In this document: piece by piece, positions 1 through 8,415 of the stretch
Layout of the letters: each line of letters opens with the position of its first letter
How positions within the stretch are numbered: the first letter of the stretch is position 1
Source of the DNA: a virus
Lineage: Duplodnaviria > Heunggongvirae > Uroviricota > Caudoviricetes
Virus record (IMG/VR): IMGVR_UViG_2671180139_000002
Span: 39,803-103,802 of that record
DNA length: 64,000 nucleotides
Direction: 5' to 3' (one strand)
Position numbers and translations under genes: made by a program
The notes under the pieces: generated by a model
Told to the model about the DNA's origin: nothing
The model's input: only the letters and a program-made list of their open reading frames with translations
Databases searched by the model: none

Positions 1-324
1 CCCATGCCATTTGGCGCCCTTCTTCGGCAACCGCAATGAGAGGCGACCGGGCGCGTCCATGCAGACTCTCACGGTCGGTCGCGTGGTGCCCGCCGAGTCC
101 GGTCCTGCCGTTCCTGGTCGAGCTTCCGACGCTGGGCTGCCAGCTCCTCCAGCTCCCGCAGGTGGGGCCGCCGGCTTCTTCCGTTTTCGATCACTACGCC
201 GTCGTGCGTCACCGTTTTCATGATCCATCTCCGGTCCAATCAAAATAGACTTCTAAAAGGCGATATAGCGAAATCGCGAAAACGTTGCAGACGGTTCCCC
301 GGAAGAGGAACCGCCCTGCCCTAC

Positions 325-600
325 TCAGCTCGACAGCTTGGTATCCACCACCTTTTCGCCGACGATGTCGGGATCGGCCGCCATCTGCAGCAGAATGTCC
401 ATGACCTGTGGATGCGCCAGGGCGACAGAGAGCGCCATGAGCCGCTTGCCCTGCTCCTGCTGAGCCGTGGTCAGATTGGCGCCATCAATGAGACCCGTCG
501 AGAAGACCTTGAAGGTCCCATCGGGCTTGAGGATGATGCCGGCATCACCCTCCTCGATAGGGGTCGCGGTGACATTTTCGTGATTGAGCAGTGCGGTCAA
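325..600 (-). CDS. hypothetical protein
   Basis: 91-aa ORF with balanced composition; no recognisable motif. The competing plus-frame ORF 220..621 is Arg-rich and antisense-like. Confidence 0.3.
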   Translation of the reverse strand: MTALLNHENVTATPIEEGDAGIILKPDGTFKVFSTGLIDGANLTTAQQEQGKRLMALSVALAHPQVMDILLQMAADPDIVGEKVVDTKLSS

Positions 601-1064
601 ATGCAGGTCCCTCGAGATTGATCTGGATCAATTATTGCGAAATGTTGCTGAAGATCAGGCGGCCGTGTCGAACCCGCTCGTCCCGTCGTAAGTCAGAAGC
701 CCCAGAACGGGCGTTCCGGGGCTTCCTCTGATAAACACGTTTTGACTTCACGACGCGGGGAGCAAACCTTTTGCTCTCCAGCGAATGAGCTGCCGAATTG
801 CGCCTGACGGGCTTTCTGACCTTCATTGCGAGTCCTCTTTACTCTGTCGTGCCTCCAGTAAAACTTCTGCGTCACATAGTAGTCAAAGCTACAGCGCGTG
901 ATCTCGGAACGCAAAAGGGAATAGATTATAGCAAAAGAATCCTATTCGGTGAATCTTATAGCTGCTCTAATGCGTTAGCGAAATAGCGACATCTATAGGA
1001 GTTTGGGCCAATGACAGCGGGCAGCTAGCTCGCGACGTCCCTCCTCTGACTCTCATGAGACGTA

Positions 1065-1472
1065 ATGCCGGAACTTCCTACATCGACCGAGAACCTTGAG
1101 GAGCTCGCAACTGCGCGGGTGCTCTTCAAGCTCCTGAACCTTGCCTCTTCCGCTGAGAATATCGAGCTCGCCTTCATCATCCTGACCATACAGATCGGAA
1201 TTCTCGAAGGGCGTCCGATGGATATCTCCGCGCTGGCGGCGATGACCGGGCTGCCGCGTACCACGGTGCTCCGCAAGTTGCGGGACTTTGAGCAGCGAAC
1301 CGGGCGCTTGCGCTGGCAGTCTAAGGGGTCGAGGCGCATTCCGCTGATCGACCCCGACTTCAGTCTCTGGGGAAAGCATTTGAAGACGGCAGCTCGCCTC
1401 ATGCGTCAGTACGTCGACCTGCTATCCATTTTGGACAAGTCCGCGTTTGACCCGGCGGAAACTGTTTCTTAA
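1065..1472 (+). CDS. winged-helix (MarR-like) HTH transcriptional regulator
   Basis: Segment ISALAAMTGLPRTTVLRKLRDFEQ resembles an HTH recognition helix plus wing; plus-strand gene diverging from the 601-1064 non-coding region. Confidence 0.4.
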   Translation: MPELPTSTENLEELATARVLFKLLNLASSAENIELAFIILTIQIGILEGRPMDISALAAMTGLPRTTVLRKLRDFEQRTGRLRWQSKGSRRIPLIDPDFSLWGKHLKTAARLMRQYVDLLSILDKSAFDPAETVS

Positions 1473-1522
1473 TTGTTCCTCACTCGGCTCGATAGGGAAA
1501 GCCGTGGAACACAGAGGTCCGA

Positions 1523-1774
1523 ATGTCGGTGGAATTTGCGCGTCGGAAAGAAGAACTGGCTCAAAGACTGATTGAAGCAGCGCGCCAATACATGATGGAA
1601 GCGGGACAGCCCGAGTTTAGCCGCTCTGGACTCTCGCAGATGTCTATGGACCTGCAGGAAGTTGCCGGCGAAATGCTTTGCTTTGGCGGCGACATTTGGC
1701 CGGTCGAGGTTGCTCGCGAGGCTCTCATGGAAGAGAGTCCGATCGCTCCCAAGTTGATTCTCGTCGCCGCCTGA
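1523..1774 (+). CDS. hypothetical protein
   Basis: 83-aa ORF co-oriented with and directly downstream of the regulator gene. Confidence 0.3.
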   Translation: MSVEFARRKEELAQRLIEAARQYMMEAGQPEFSRSGLSQMSMDLQEVAGEMLCFGGDIWPVEVAREALMEESPIAPKLILVAA

Positions 1775-1783
1775 GCCGGCGAC

Positions 1784-1978
1784 CTACAGTTTCGAGGTAT
1801 CGAGCCCGATCTTCGGTTCCGGGCTCTTCTCTTCCTCCTCGGAGATGAAGGCGACCCCCTCCCCTTCCGCGTAGTCGCGGGCCACCCTGATCGCGTCAGC
1901 CAGGGCGACGGGGTCGACCTCTTTCCCCTCAGCGTGGTGTATGAGCGTGGCGATCGCGTCGAGGAGGTTCTGATCCAT
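1784..1978 (-). CDS. hypothetical small acidic protein
   Basis: Internal Met (MDQNLL...) begins 1 nt inside the stop of the upstream gene (ATGA-type overlap). Confidence 0.3.
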   Translation of the reverse strand: MDQNLLDAIATLIHHAEGKEVDPVALADAIRVARDYAEGEGVAFISEEEEKSPEPKIGLDTSKL

Positions 1979-2214
1979 CACGGCTGCATCGACTCCATCA
2001 TGCCCTTCATGTCCCACTGATCGATGGGCTCGCAGTGAGCATATACCCGGTCGTACATCTTGTTGATCCCGTTGCCGGCGACAGTGCCCTGCCAGGACTC
2101 CCACATCTTCGCCTTACGTTCGCACTCCTGCTGATCCATGAGCCGAAACTCCTTGTGGAAGACAGGTGCGTTGGCGCCGCTATAGAAGATGGCGACGATC
2201 AGAAAGGCTTTCAT
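1978..2214 (-). CDS. small secreted protein (signal peptide)
   Basis: MKAFLIVAIFYSGANAP is a signal-peptide-like N-terminus; start placed at the internal Met of ORF 1978..2253. Confidence 0.4.
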   Translation of the reverse strand: MKAFLIVAIFYSGANAPVFHKEFRLMDQQECERKAKMWESWQGTVAGNGINKMYDRVYAHCEPIDQWDMKGMMESMQP

Positions 2215-2338
2215 CAGGTTCCCTCGTTCGGTCGTCTCCGCTTCCTTCAACAAAGGCGTGGAGTCAACCGCGGTATCGCGAATTAGCGATGTACCGTCAT
2301 AGCGAGAGAACGAAGGCGCGCTTTCGGGATACCGCGAA

Positions 2339-2632
2339 CTAGCGTTCGCCGTTCACCTCCTGGTCAAAGATGCGGGCCGTCTCCGCGTCGCGGGCGAAAA
2401 CGGTGCCGGCGAGCGCGTAGACATTGCTTTCACGCCCGAGACGTCCGAACAGCTCCTGGCACGTTTCGGCGATCGCGCGTTCCTGGGACGAAGCGGCGCG
2501 GAACCACCAGCGCCGATCGTTCTGCCCCCAACCGGTGCGGCGGAGATCGAGGTTGGTCTTCGGATACAAGAGAGTGTCTGCCACCATAGCGAAAGCGTCC
2601 TTGCGCGAATTAGCGATTAGAAGATGCCCCAC
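2339..2632 (-). CDS. hypothetical protein
   Basis: 97-aa ORF with a GTG start; a TTAGCGA element lies immediately upstream. Confidence 0.3.
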   Translation of the reverse strand: MGHLLIANSRKDAFAMVADTLLYPKTNLDLRRTGWGQNDRRWWFRAASSQERAIAETCQELFGRLGRESNVYALAGTVFARDAETARIFDQEVNGER

Positions 2633-3033
2633 GCCGCTGCGCGGGTGTCTTGAGCAGGCTGGAACGAAGACCCACCCTCCCCGGTTCGGTCCGCGATCTC
2701 GCTATTTCGCGAAATCGGGCCTTCGTCAACTGCCTTCCCACCCTCCGCCATGATGCCGAGGAGTTGCTGGACGTAGTTCGGCAGGATGCGTCGAGCGCGC
2801 GCAAGCTGCCGCGGCGTCATGTGATCCCTGTATCGGGGTAGCGCCTGGGCAACCGATGTCAGGAAGTCGGCGTCGGCCTTGTCCACGAACGTGGCGCCTC
2901 GGGCGCACAGTTGCCCGATGGCGCGAGCCACCGCCTTATCGCTGCGTTGCAGGAGATCGAGGATATCCTGCGCGGTCCAGACCTTGCTCTCGGTCATGTC
3001 AGTCGCTCTCGTGCGTTGCGTTGCATCGAACAT
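2617..3033 (-). CDS. hypothetical protein with C-terminal WGIF tail
   Basis: Ends ...AAAWGIF-COOH, the same C-terminal motif seen in five other small proteins of this window. Confidence 0.45.
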   Translation of the reverse strand: MFDATQRTRATDMTESKVWTAQDILDLLQRSDKAVARAIGQLCARGATFVDKADADFLTSVAQALPRYRDHMTPRQLARARRILPNYVQQLLGIMAEGGKAVDEGPISRNSEIADRTGEGGSSFQPAQDTRAAAWGIF

Positions 3034-3208
3034 CGCAGAATGACCGGTGGGAGTCGGCTGGAAATCGCGTCAAAGCGAATGGGCGTTTTCGCGAAATCGG
3101 GCAGGGCGCGCTCCTCGCTTTTAGAAGCTCGTAGAGCGTCGGGGAGTTCTGTGCGCTGTCGTCTATCGTCTCGCGCTAGAAACGCTGTCAGTGAGCGCGT
3201 GAGCGCGT

Positions 3209-3502
3209 TTAATGATCGCTGGGGAACGAGTTCTTCAAAAGCTCGTCGAGCTTCTTCATTTCGTCTTCGACCGATCGTGGAGGCTCCGTAGGGTTTGACG
3301 AGCGAGGATGGTCGACGTCGTCCTGCTGCAGCTCCAAAAGCGCCGCGGCCTCGCGCTTGTGGCAATTTACCTGCAGCTCGAAGCTATCCGGGAAGCGGTC
3401 AGCGCAACGCAGTTCGATGCGTCGGCGAAGCGATGGATCATTCACGCCCGGCATGGTATCCGCGAGAGCCGGAGTCGCCAGAAGAGCCGCGAAAATGGCC
3501 AT
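3209..3502 (-). CDS. secreted protein (signal peptide)
   Basis: MAIFAALLATPALA is a signal peptide with an AxA cleavage site; start placed at the internal Met. Confidence 0.4.
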   Translation of the reverse strand: MAIFAALLATPALADTMPGVNDPSLRRRIELRCADRFPDSFELQVNCHKREAAALLELQQDDVDHPRSSNPTEPPRSVEDEMKKLDELLKNSFPSDH

Positions 3503-3572
3503 TGTGATCCGTGGTGACATGCCTTGCGCCCGTGTGCTCGCTGGTTCTCTACCACGGAGGCGACTTCTTGGG

Positions 3573-4322
3573 CTATTCCGCGGCCTCGGGTAGCGCAGCA
3601 GGCTTTTTCGCGCGCATCAGAGCGGCCGGAGTGGGCGTCGCGAGCCAGGTTTCCAGTGTCAGCGTGTTGCCGTGGTAGACAACGGCGCTGGATCCGGTGA
3701 GTGCGAGCTGGATGTAGCAGCCGCACATCGCGTCAAAGTCCACGTCGATCGCGTGCCAATAAGCATCGCGACCGATATCCAGGCCCTGTTCGGTGAGAAC
3801 CCGATTGCTGGCAAGGATCATTCCGCCAACCCCGCACGCCGGCTCCTGCAGCAGGAGATGATCGCGGCCTTCTGCTCTCGCCTCTGCAAGGATCACAGGA
3901 ACATTGGACAGGCTCAGTCGGGCGATCAGCTCGGACACGCTGTCTGGGGTGAAGAACTGACCGATCTGCGTGTTCGCCTCGACCTCCATGAAGATCGGGC
4001 CCAGGAAATCATACGGTGCTTCGGCGAGCGCCCTGCCCGCAATCCCTAGCAGTCTCGCGAAATCGCCCATTGTCGCTTTAGCGATCTGACAACGCGCCAC
4101 GATCTTCATGTACTCGGCTTCGTTGTGGCGCCAGGCGTCGCCGTCGGGCTTCAGCACCGAACCGCGGAGGCTGTAGAAAGCCGCGTGAAGCCAGGTCCGG
4201 AAAGCTTCACGTTCGCGCCAGCCTTCGCGATTGGTGACGTCCGCGAGCAGACCAAGGAATGTCTTGGTCGCTTCTTTGTGGCGCGGATCCGCGACCACGC
4301 GCCGAGCAGTCGGCTGCGCCAT
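3573..4322 (-). CDS. N6-adenine-methyltransferase-like protein (HsdM-type motifs X and I; motif IV absent)
   Basis: GQFFTPDSV matches motif X and EPACGVGGMIL matches motif I (FxGxG); a helical region follows, but the protein ends before any NPPY/NPPF catalytic motif. Confidence 0.4.
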   Translation of the reverse strand: MAQPTARRVVADPRHKEATKTFLGLLADVTNREGWREREAFRTWLHAAFYSLRGSVLKPDGDAWRHNEAEYMKIVARCQIAKATMGDFARLLGIAGRALAEAPYDFLGPIFMEVEANTQIGQFFTPDSVSELIARLSLSNVPVILAEARAEGRDHLLLQEPACGVGGMILASNRVLTEQGLDIGRDAYWHAIDVDFDAMCGCYIQLALTGSSAVVYHGNTLTLETWLATPTPAALMRAKKPAALPEAAE

Positions 4323-4529
4323 AAATCGCTCCTTCGTGATTTAGCGAGTTCGTGAAAACCGTGGATTAGCGAACCAGGCCGACGCTGAATTTGCGGCGCC
4401 CGATCCAGCGCCCAAGCGACCAATGCCGTCCGAAGTAGACCCATCCGGCGGAGCGATGACGCTCTAGGCCGCGCAAGGAGTTCGGCGCTCCATGCGCGTT
4501 CAGCAGGAAAGGGCCGAGATTTACCGCAA

Positions 4530-4757
4530 TCACGATTTCGCCTCTTCGCTATTCCGCGAAGAAGCCTTTTCGACAATCACCAGCTCGTCGGGCGGAATGA
4601 TGCAGGCAAGTGACCGCGGAATGTCCCAGTCGATCCAGACCTGCGTGTTCCTTCCCATCGGGCGCAGATCGCGGATCGTGCCGCGGGTGCCAGGCGGAAT
4701 AGGGCAGGGGTCGTCGTCCATCTTCACCAGCTCGATGCGGTCACCACGATTGAACAT
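4530..4757 (-). CDS. DUF4314-domain protein
   Basis: MFNRGDRIELVKMDDDPCPIPPGTRGTI...WIDWDIPRSLACIIPPDE matches the DUF4314 pattern (GDRV.L..M.DDP.PIP.GT.GTV ... W.NGRSL.LI). Confidence 0.55.
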   Translation of the reverse strand: MFNRGDRIELVKMDDDPCPIPPGTRGTIRDLRPMGRNTQVWIDWDIPRSLACIIPPDELVIVEKASSRNSEEAKS

Positions 4758-4966
4758 CAGTGGGTCCTCTGGTGGTGGCGGTGGTCGAAGTTGTCAGAGG
4801 CGCGATCGAGTTCGTGGCTCTCCAGCACCCGGGTGTTCACCAGCAGACCGGCGGCAAGGTCGAGCTTCGACTCCTCGATCCAGCTTTGGTCGTGGAGGTC
4901 ATAGTGCTGGCGCTTGAGCAGCTTTATGTGCCGCTCACCGCCCCAGATATCGACGCGGAGGATCAT
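4757..4966 (-). CDS. hypothetical protein
   Basis: 69-aa ORF, translationally coupled (ATGA overlap) to the DUF4314 gene. Confidence 0.3.
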   Translation of the reverse strand: MILRVDIWGGERHIKLLKRQHYDLHDQSWIEESKLDLAAGLLVNTRVLESHELDRASDNFDHRHHQRTH

Positions 4967-5040
4967 AGCGAGTTCCCTATTCAGCGAAGAAGCGGTTTAG
5001 CGATGCAGCCGGACACGCCGGCTGCACTGGCAAAGCCGCC

Positions 5041-5982
5041 TTACGCCGCCTCCTCCTCGTCTTCCTCGGCGTAGCCCTTGCCGCCGTCGAGCAGGAGCTT
5101 GAGCGCCTGTCCGTACAGGGAGTCCGGATTGAGCTTGAGAACCTTGCCGGCCCGCGTGGCGATCTTGGTCACGTCGAACAGCGCCATGATCTGACCCACC
5201 TGCGAGCGGGCAGTGCCCTCGTTGTAGGTGGTGCCGCGATTGCTGGACATCGTGCGCAGCGCAGCGACCAGGTCAGAGGAGGTGACCTCGCCCTTCGCGT
5301 CCAGAACGCTGTAGCAGCTCATGATGAAGGTCGACGGTTCGCGGTCAGCCGCGAGCGACAGGATCAGGTTGTCGAACTTCTCGGCGACCTTCTTCTGAAG
5401 GGGCCGCTTGGCGAGGACCTCCTTCTTGTTGGCTTCGAGGTCTTCGGGCACGTCGGCGGTCAGGATGAAGGCTTCCGGCGGCAGGCTGTTCAGGTCACGA
5501 GTCGGGCGAGGAGTCTTCGGGGTGCTGGGCGCACGAGCAGCGCGGGCAGGGGGCACGGCGGCGGCGATGCTCGCCTCGGCAGCCTCGACCTCGACGGCAG
5601 CGTCGCTCTGCTGCTCCTCGTAGATCTCCGCTCGGGTAATGCTCGCCTCGAGTTCGCCCAGGGCGTCGTCATCCAGAACTTCGTCGCCGGCAGCAACGGG
5701 GGTGGTCTCCTCGACCGCTTCCTCAGTGGTCGCGGTCAGCTCGGGCTCGCCGAGATCCTCGATCTCCTCGATGATTTCGCCATCGTTCTGGTCTTCGACC
5801 TCAAGGTCGGACAGGATCGCATCGATGCTGTCGAACTCGCTCGGGTCGATTTGCTCATGCGCACCGGTATTCATCGGGTCCATTGTGTCTATTTCCTCTT
5901 GCAGTGTGTCGAACTCAGAAAGCAACGCGCTCTCTATGTCGTCGTCTATACTGCGCAGAGTTTCGGATAGCGGCTGGGACAT
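5041..5982 (-). CDS. highly acidic protein (D/E-rich N-terminal two thirds, folded C-terminal domain)
   Basis: 313 aa; N-terminal 200 residues are dominated by D/E/A/T; the C-terminal ~110 aa look globular. No family recognised. Confidence 0.45.
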   Translation of the reverse strand: MSQPLSETLRSIDDDIESALLSEFDTLQEEIDTMDPMNTGAHEQIDPSEFDSIDAILSDLEVEDQNDGEIIEEIEDLGEPELTATTEEAVEETTPVAAGDEVLDDDALGELEASITRAEIYEEQQSDAAVEVEAAEASIAAAVPPARAARAPSTPKTPRPTRDLNSLPPEAFILTADVPEDLEANKKEVLAKRPLQKKVAEKFDNLILSLAADREPSTFIMSCYSVLDAKGEVTSSDLVAALRTMSSNRGTTYNEGTARSQVGQIMALFDVTKIATRAGKVLKLNPDSLYGQALKLLLDGGKGYAEEDEEEAA

Positions 5983-6029
5983 GCTTTCGATCCTGCGGAA
6001 AAGCGCGAACTAGCGAATAGGCGAAGGCG

Positions 6030-6284
6030 CTAATTCACGACCGAGAGATGGCTCGGTCGCTTCTTCGGAGAGGGGAGGGGAGGCGTCAGACGGCTGTTCA
6101 CGGCCTGCGCGTAAGGATGCGGGACGCCGGCGATCATCTGCCCATATCGCTCGGCCGTGTCGTGTCGGCCCAGAAGCCACTCCTTCGGCTCGCGACCGGT
6201 GGTGATCATCATGAGCACGGGCGGCTTCCGGAAGCGCGGGTAACACCCTGTCACGCCGGCGCCGTTCTCGTTTGCAGCCTTCAT
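6030..6284 (-). CDS. hypothetical protein
   Basis: 84-aa ORF, preferred over the overlapping Arg-rich frame 6010..6480. Confidence 0.25.
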   Translation of the reverse strand: MKAANENGAGVTGCYPRFRKPPVLMMITTGREPKEWLLGRHDTAERYGQMIAGVPHPYAQAVNSRLTPPLPSPKKRPSHLSVVN

Positions 6285-6287
6285 AAG

Positions 6288-6545
6288 TCAATCCTGACTG
6301 TTGTCGGTGAGCGCGACAAAACCCAAGAGCGCGCACACGAGATGGAAGAGGCGGGCGCCGAGCCAGAAGACAGGCGCCAGGGCGAGGGTGACGAGCGCGA
6401 GAAGGAGCGCCAGGACGCACATGGTCACCGCCCTGAGCGGCCAGTAGAGAGCGATTACCAAGCTCTCCGGCGCGCGCCACAGATCCTGCAATGCTAGCTT
6501 GAGGGCATCCAGGCGACGCTCCGGCCGAATGATCCTAAGCCGCAC
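6288..6545 (-). CDS. small membrane protein (2 TM)
   Basis: Two hydrophobic helices (VTMCVLALLLALVTLALAPVFWLGARLFHLVCALLGFVAL). Confidence 0.35.
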   Translation of the reverse strand: MRLRIIRPERRLDALKLALQDLWRAPESLVIALYWPLRAVTMCVLALLLALVTLALAPVFWLGARLFHLVCALLGFVALTDNSQD

Positions 6546-7098
6546 GAGCCAGCTCCTCGATCTCCGGTAGCGTGTAGAAGCCCCAGTCCAGGCCCGCGAA
6601 GAAGCAGTCCATCATGACGCCAACGTCGTAGTCTGCTGCGTGCGCTTTGCTGGCGTCGTAGGGCATGTCGCAGGCGAAGCAGAGTTCACCGAGGTTCGGG
6701 CTTTTGCCAATGGGCGTTGCCCAGCGCCCCTGTAGCATCGTGTCGACGGTGGGCTTCTCGATCGGCGGCAAGCCGACCCGCTTGAACTCGTAGTTCAGGA
6801 ACGGCAGGTCGAAGCCGTCACCGTTGTGGGCCACGATCATATCGGCGCGCGAAAGCACGGCATGAGCCTTCGGCGCGACCATGTCCCAGGTCGGGCAGCC
6901 GACGAGATCGCCCAGACTGATCTTGTGGACACGCTGCGCTTCAATGCCGATGGAGCGCTGGGGATCGATGCGCTGGTTCAGCTCGAACACCCGCTTGCGC
7001 GAGCGGAGGTCCCACAGTCCCGCATAGAACTCGACCAGACGATGGTCGCCGGGCTCAAGGCCGGTGGTTTCAATATCGGTGCCGGCGAGAAGGGTCAT
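6535..7098 (-). CDS. DnaQ-like 3'-5' exonuclease (DEDDh)
   Basis: Exo I-like LAGTDIETTGL near the N-terminus, then HNGDGFDLPFL (Exo II/III-like). Confidence 0.7.
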   Translation of the reverse strand: MTLLAGTDIETTGLEPGDHRLVEFYAGLWDLRSRKRVFELNQRIDPQRSIGIEAQRVHKISLGDLVGCPTWDMVAPKAHAVLSRADMIVAHNGDGFDLPFLNYEFKRVGLPPIEKPTVDTMLQGRWATPIGKSPNLGELCFACDMPYDASKAHAADYDVGVMMDCFFAGLDWGFYTLPEIEELARAA

Positions 7099-7307
7099 TT
7101 GTTAGCCTTTGCTTCACAGGCCCGTCGGGCACTGGAGAGAGTAGGGTGCAGCCCGGTGTAGATGATGATCCCGTTCCGGATGACACTCGCGAGGTACGGA
7201 TCGATGGTGCGATCGACGTGATTGACTGCCAGTGTCACGTTGTCTGATCCGCGCTCCATAGCTTGACCTTTGTTCAAGGTTGGAGACTTCCAACTCACTT
7301 CCATCAT
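7095..7307 (-). CDS. hypothetical protein
   Basis: 70-aa ORF between the exonuclease and HNH genes; weak. Confidence 0.2.
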   Translation of the reverse strand: MMEVSWKSPTLNKGQAMERGSDNVTLAVNHVDRTIDPYLASVIRNGIIIYTGLHPTLSSARRACEAKANK

Positions 7308-7852
7308 ACGTGACGCCAGGTCCTTTCTTCACGAATGTCGCTGATGGTTCCGCGACTGACCCCGTGTTTCATAGCGAGATCGGTCACGGTTGCGTCCGAT
7401 TGGCGGATGGCGATGACGTCATCCGGGGTGAGCTTGGAGTTGCCGTTTGCAGTACCGCGGGTGGCTTTCAAACCGTGGGCGAAGGCGTGCTTCTCCTGGT
7501 CGCTGCGGCTCGCCCATTCCAGGTTACCGACGGAGTTGTCGGTCTTGTCGCCGCTCTTGTGGTTGACCTCGGGCAGGTTGTCCGGGTTCGGGATCAGGGC
7601 CAGACCGATCACCCGGTTCACCAGGACCGACTTGCTGATGCCGTCGAACGTCATGGTGAAGTACAGACGCTCCGTCTTGCGGTGGAGCGACGGCTTCACC
7701 CGGCGATAGACCCACTTCTTGCCTTCCATGAGGACGGTGCGGATCGCGCTCTTCGGTGCCGGCGCTCTGTACCAAACGGAGCCGTCTTCTCGGGCAACGT
7801 AGACCCGGTAGCGAAGCGCCCGGAGGATCCAGGCGTCCTTAGACCAAGTCAT
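7304..7852 (-). CDS. HNH homing endonuclease
   Basis: NHKSGDKTDNSVGNLEWASRSDQEKHAFAHG matches the HNH_3 pattern (NH.dGdKtNN...NLEw.t..eN..H); C-terminal HTH-like tail. Confidence 0.65.
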   Translation of the reverse strand: MTWSKDAWILRALRYRVYVAREDGSVWYRAPAPKSAIRTVLMEGKKWVYRRVKPSLHRKTERLYFTMTFDGISKSVLVNRVIGLALIPNPDNLPEVNHKSGDKTDNSVGNLEWASRSDQEKHAFAHGLKATRGTANGNSKLTPDDVIAIRQSDATVTDLAMKHGVSRGTISDIREERTWRHV

Positions 7853-8415
7853 GCGGCTCTCCCGAATTCACCGAAGGCGCGCTTCGCCGCGTGCTCGTAG
7901 GCGTCGCGCGCCTCAGCCGCTGTCGCGAAGCTGCCAAGAAATTTAGCTGTTCCCTTGATGGTGATTTGGGCGAGCCAACGACCGTTTCGTTCGCGAACTC
8001 CTTTAATGCCGCTGGTGTTGTTCGACGGCGCGTTCTTGTTTGCGGCGCTCTCGCCCCCGTCAGCGAGACGGAGATTCTCAAATCGGTTGTTCCTGGGGTT
8101 TGTGTCGATGTGATCGACAATTCGGTCGGGCCAAGTGCCGGTGACTAGAGCCCAGATGACGCGTTGTCCGAGAAGAGGAGCGCCGTCGACTGTCAGCTTG
8201 AGATATCCATCAGGGCGGAAGCCGCCAGCAAGCGCACCAGCCAAGCAGCCACGACCAGGCCGCGTGACGCGCCAGCGCAGTTCTCCCGTGCTGGGCTCAT
8301 AGCTGAGAACTTCGCGTAGGCGTTCAATCGTAGGCAGCGGACGAACCCTTTTAGGCCCAATCTGAGTGATGCCCTCCAGCAACTCAGATCTCCCGAGTTT
8401 TGGCGGAACCGACAC
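7849..8415 (-). CDS. HNH-AP2 homing endonuclease
   Basis: VDHIDTNPRNNRFENLRLA is the HNH_3 core; GIKGVRERNGRWLAQITIKGTAKFLGSFATAEEAARAYEHAA is AP2-like. Confidence 0.7.
   Translation of the reverse strand: MSVPPKLGRSELLEGITQIGPKRVRPLPTIERLREVLSYEPSTGELRWRVTRPGRGCLAGALAGGFRPDGYLKLTVDGAPLLGQRVIWALVTGTWPDRIVDHIDTNPRNNRFENLRLADGGESAANKNAPSNNTSGIKGVRERNGRWLAQITIKGTAKFLGSFATAAEARDAYEHAAKRAFGEFGRAA

Noticed and set aside
220-621. 133-aa plus ORF
   Set aside because: Overlaps minus ORF 325..600; Arg/Gly-rich antisense-like composition. Neither is strongly supported, and the minus ORF is kept at low confidence.
661-700. tRNA-like T-arm (GTGTCGAACCCGC)
   Set aside because: The resemblance is only to a T-loop-like string; no acceptor or anticodon stems could be paired.
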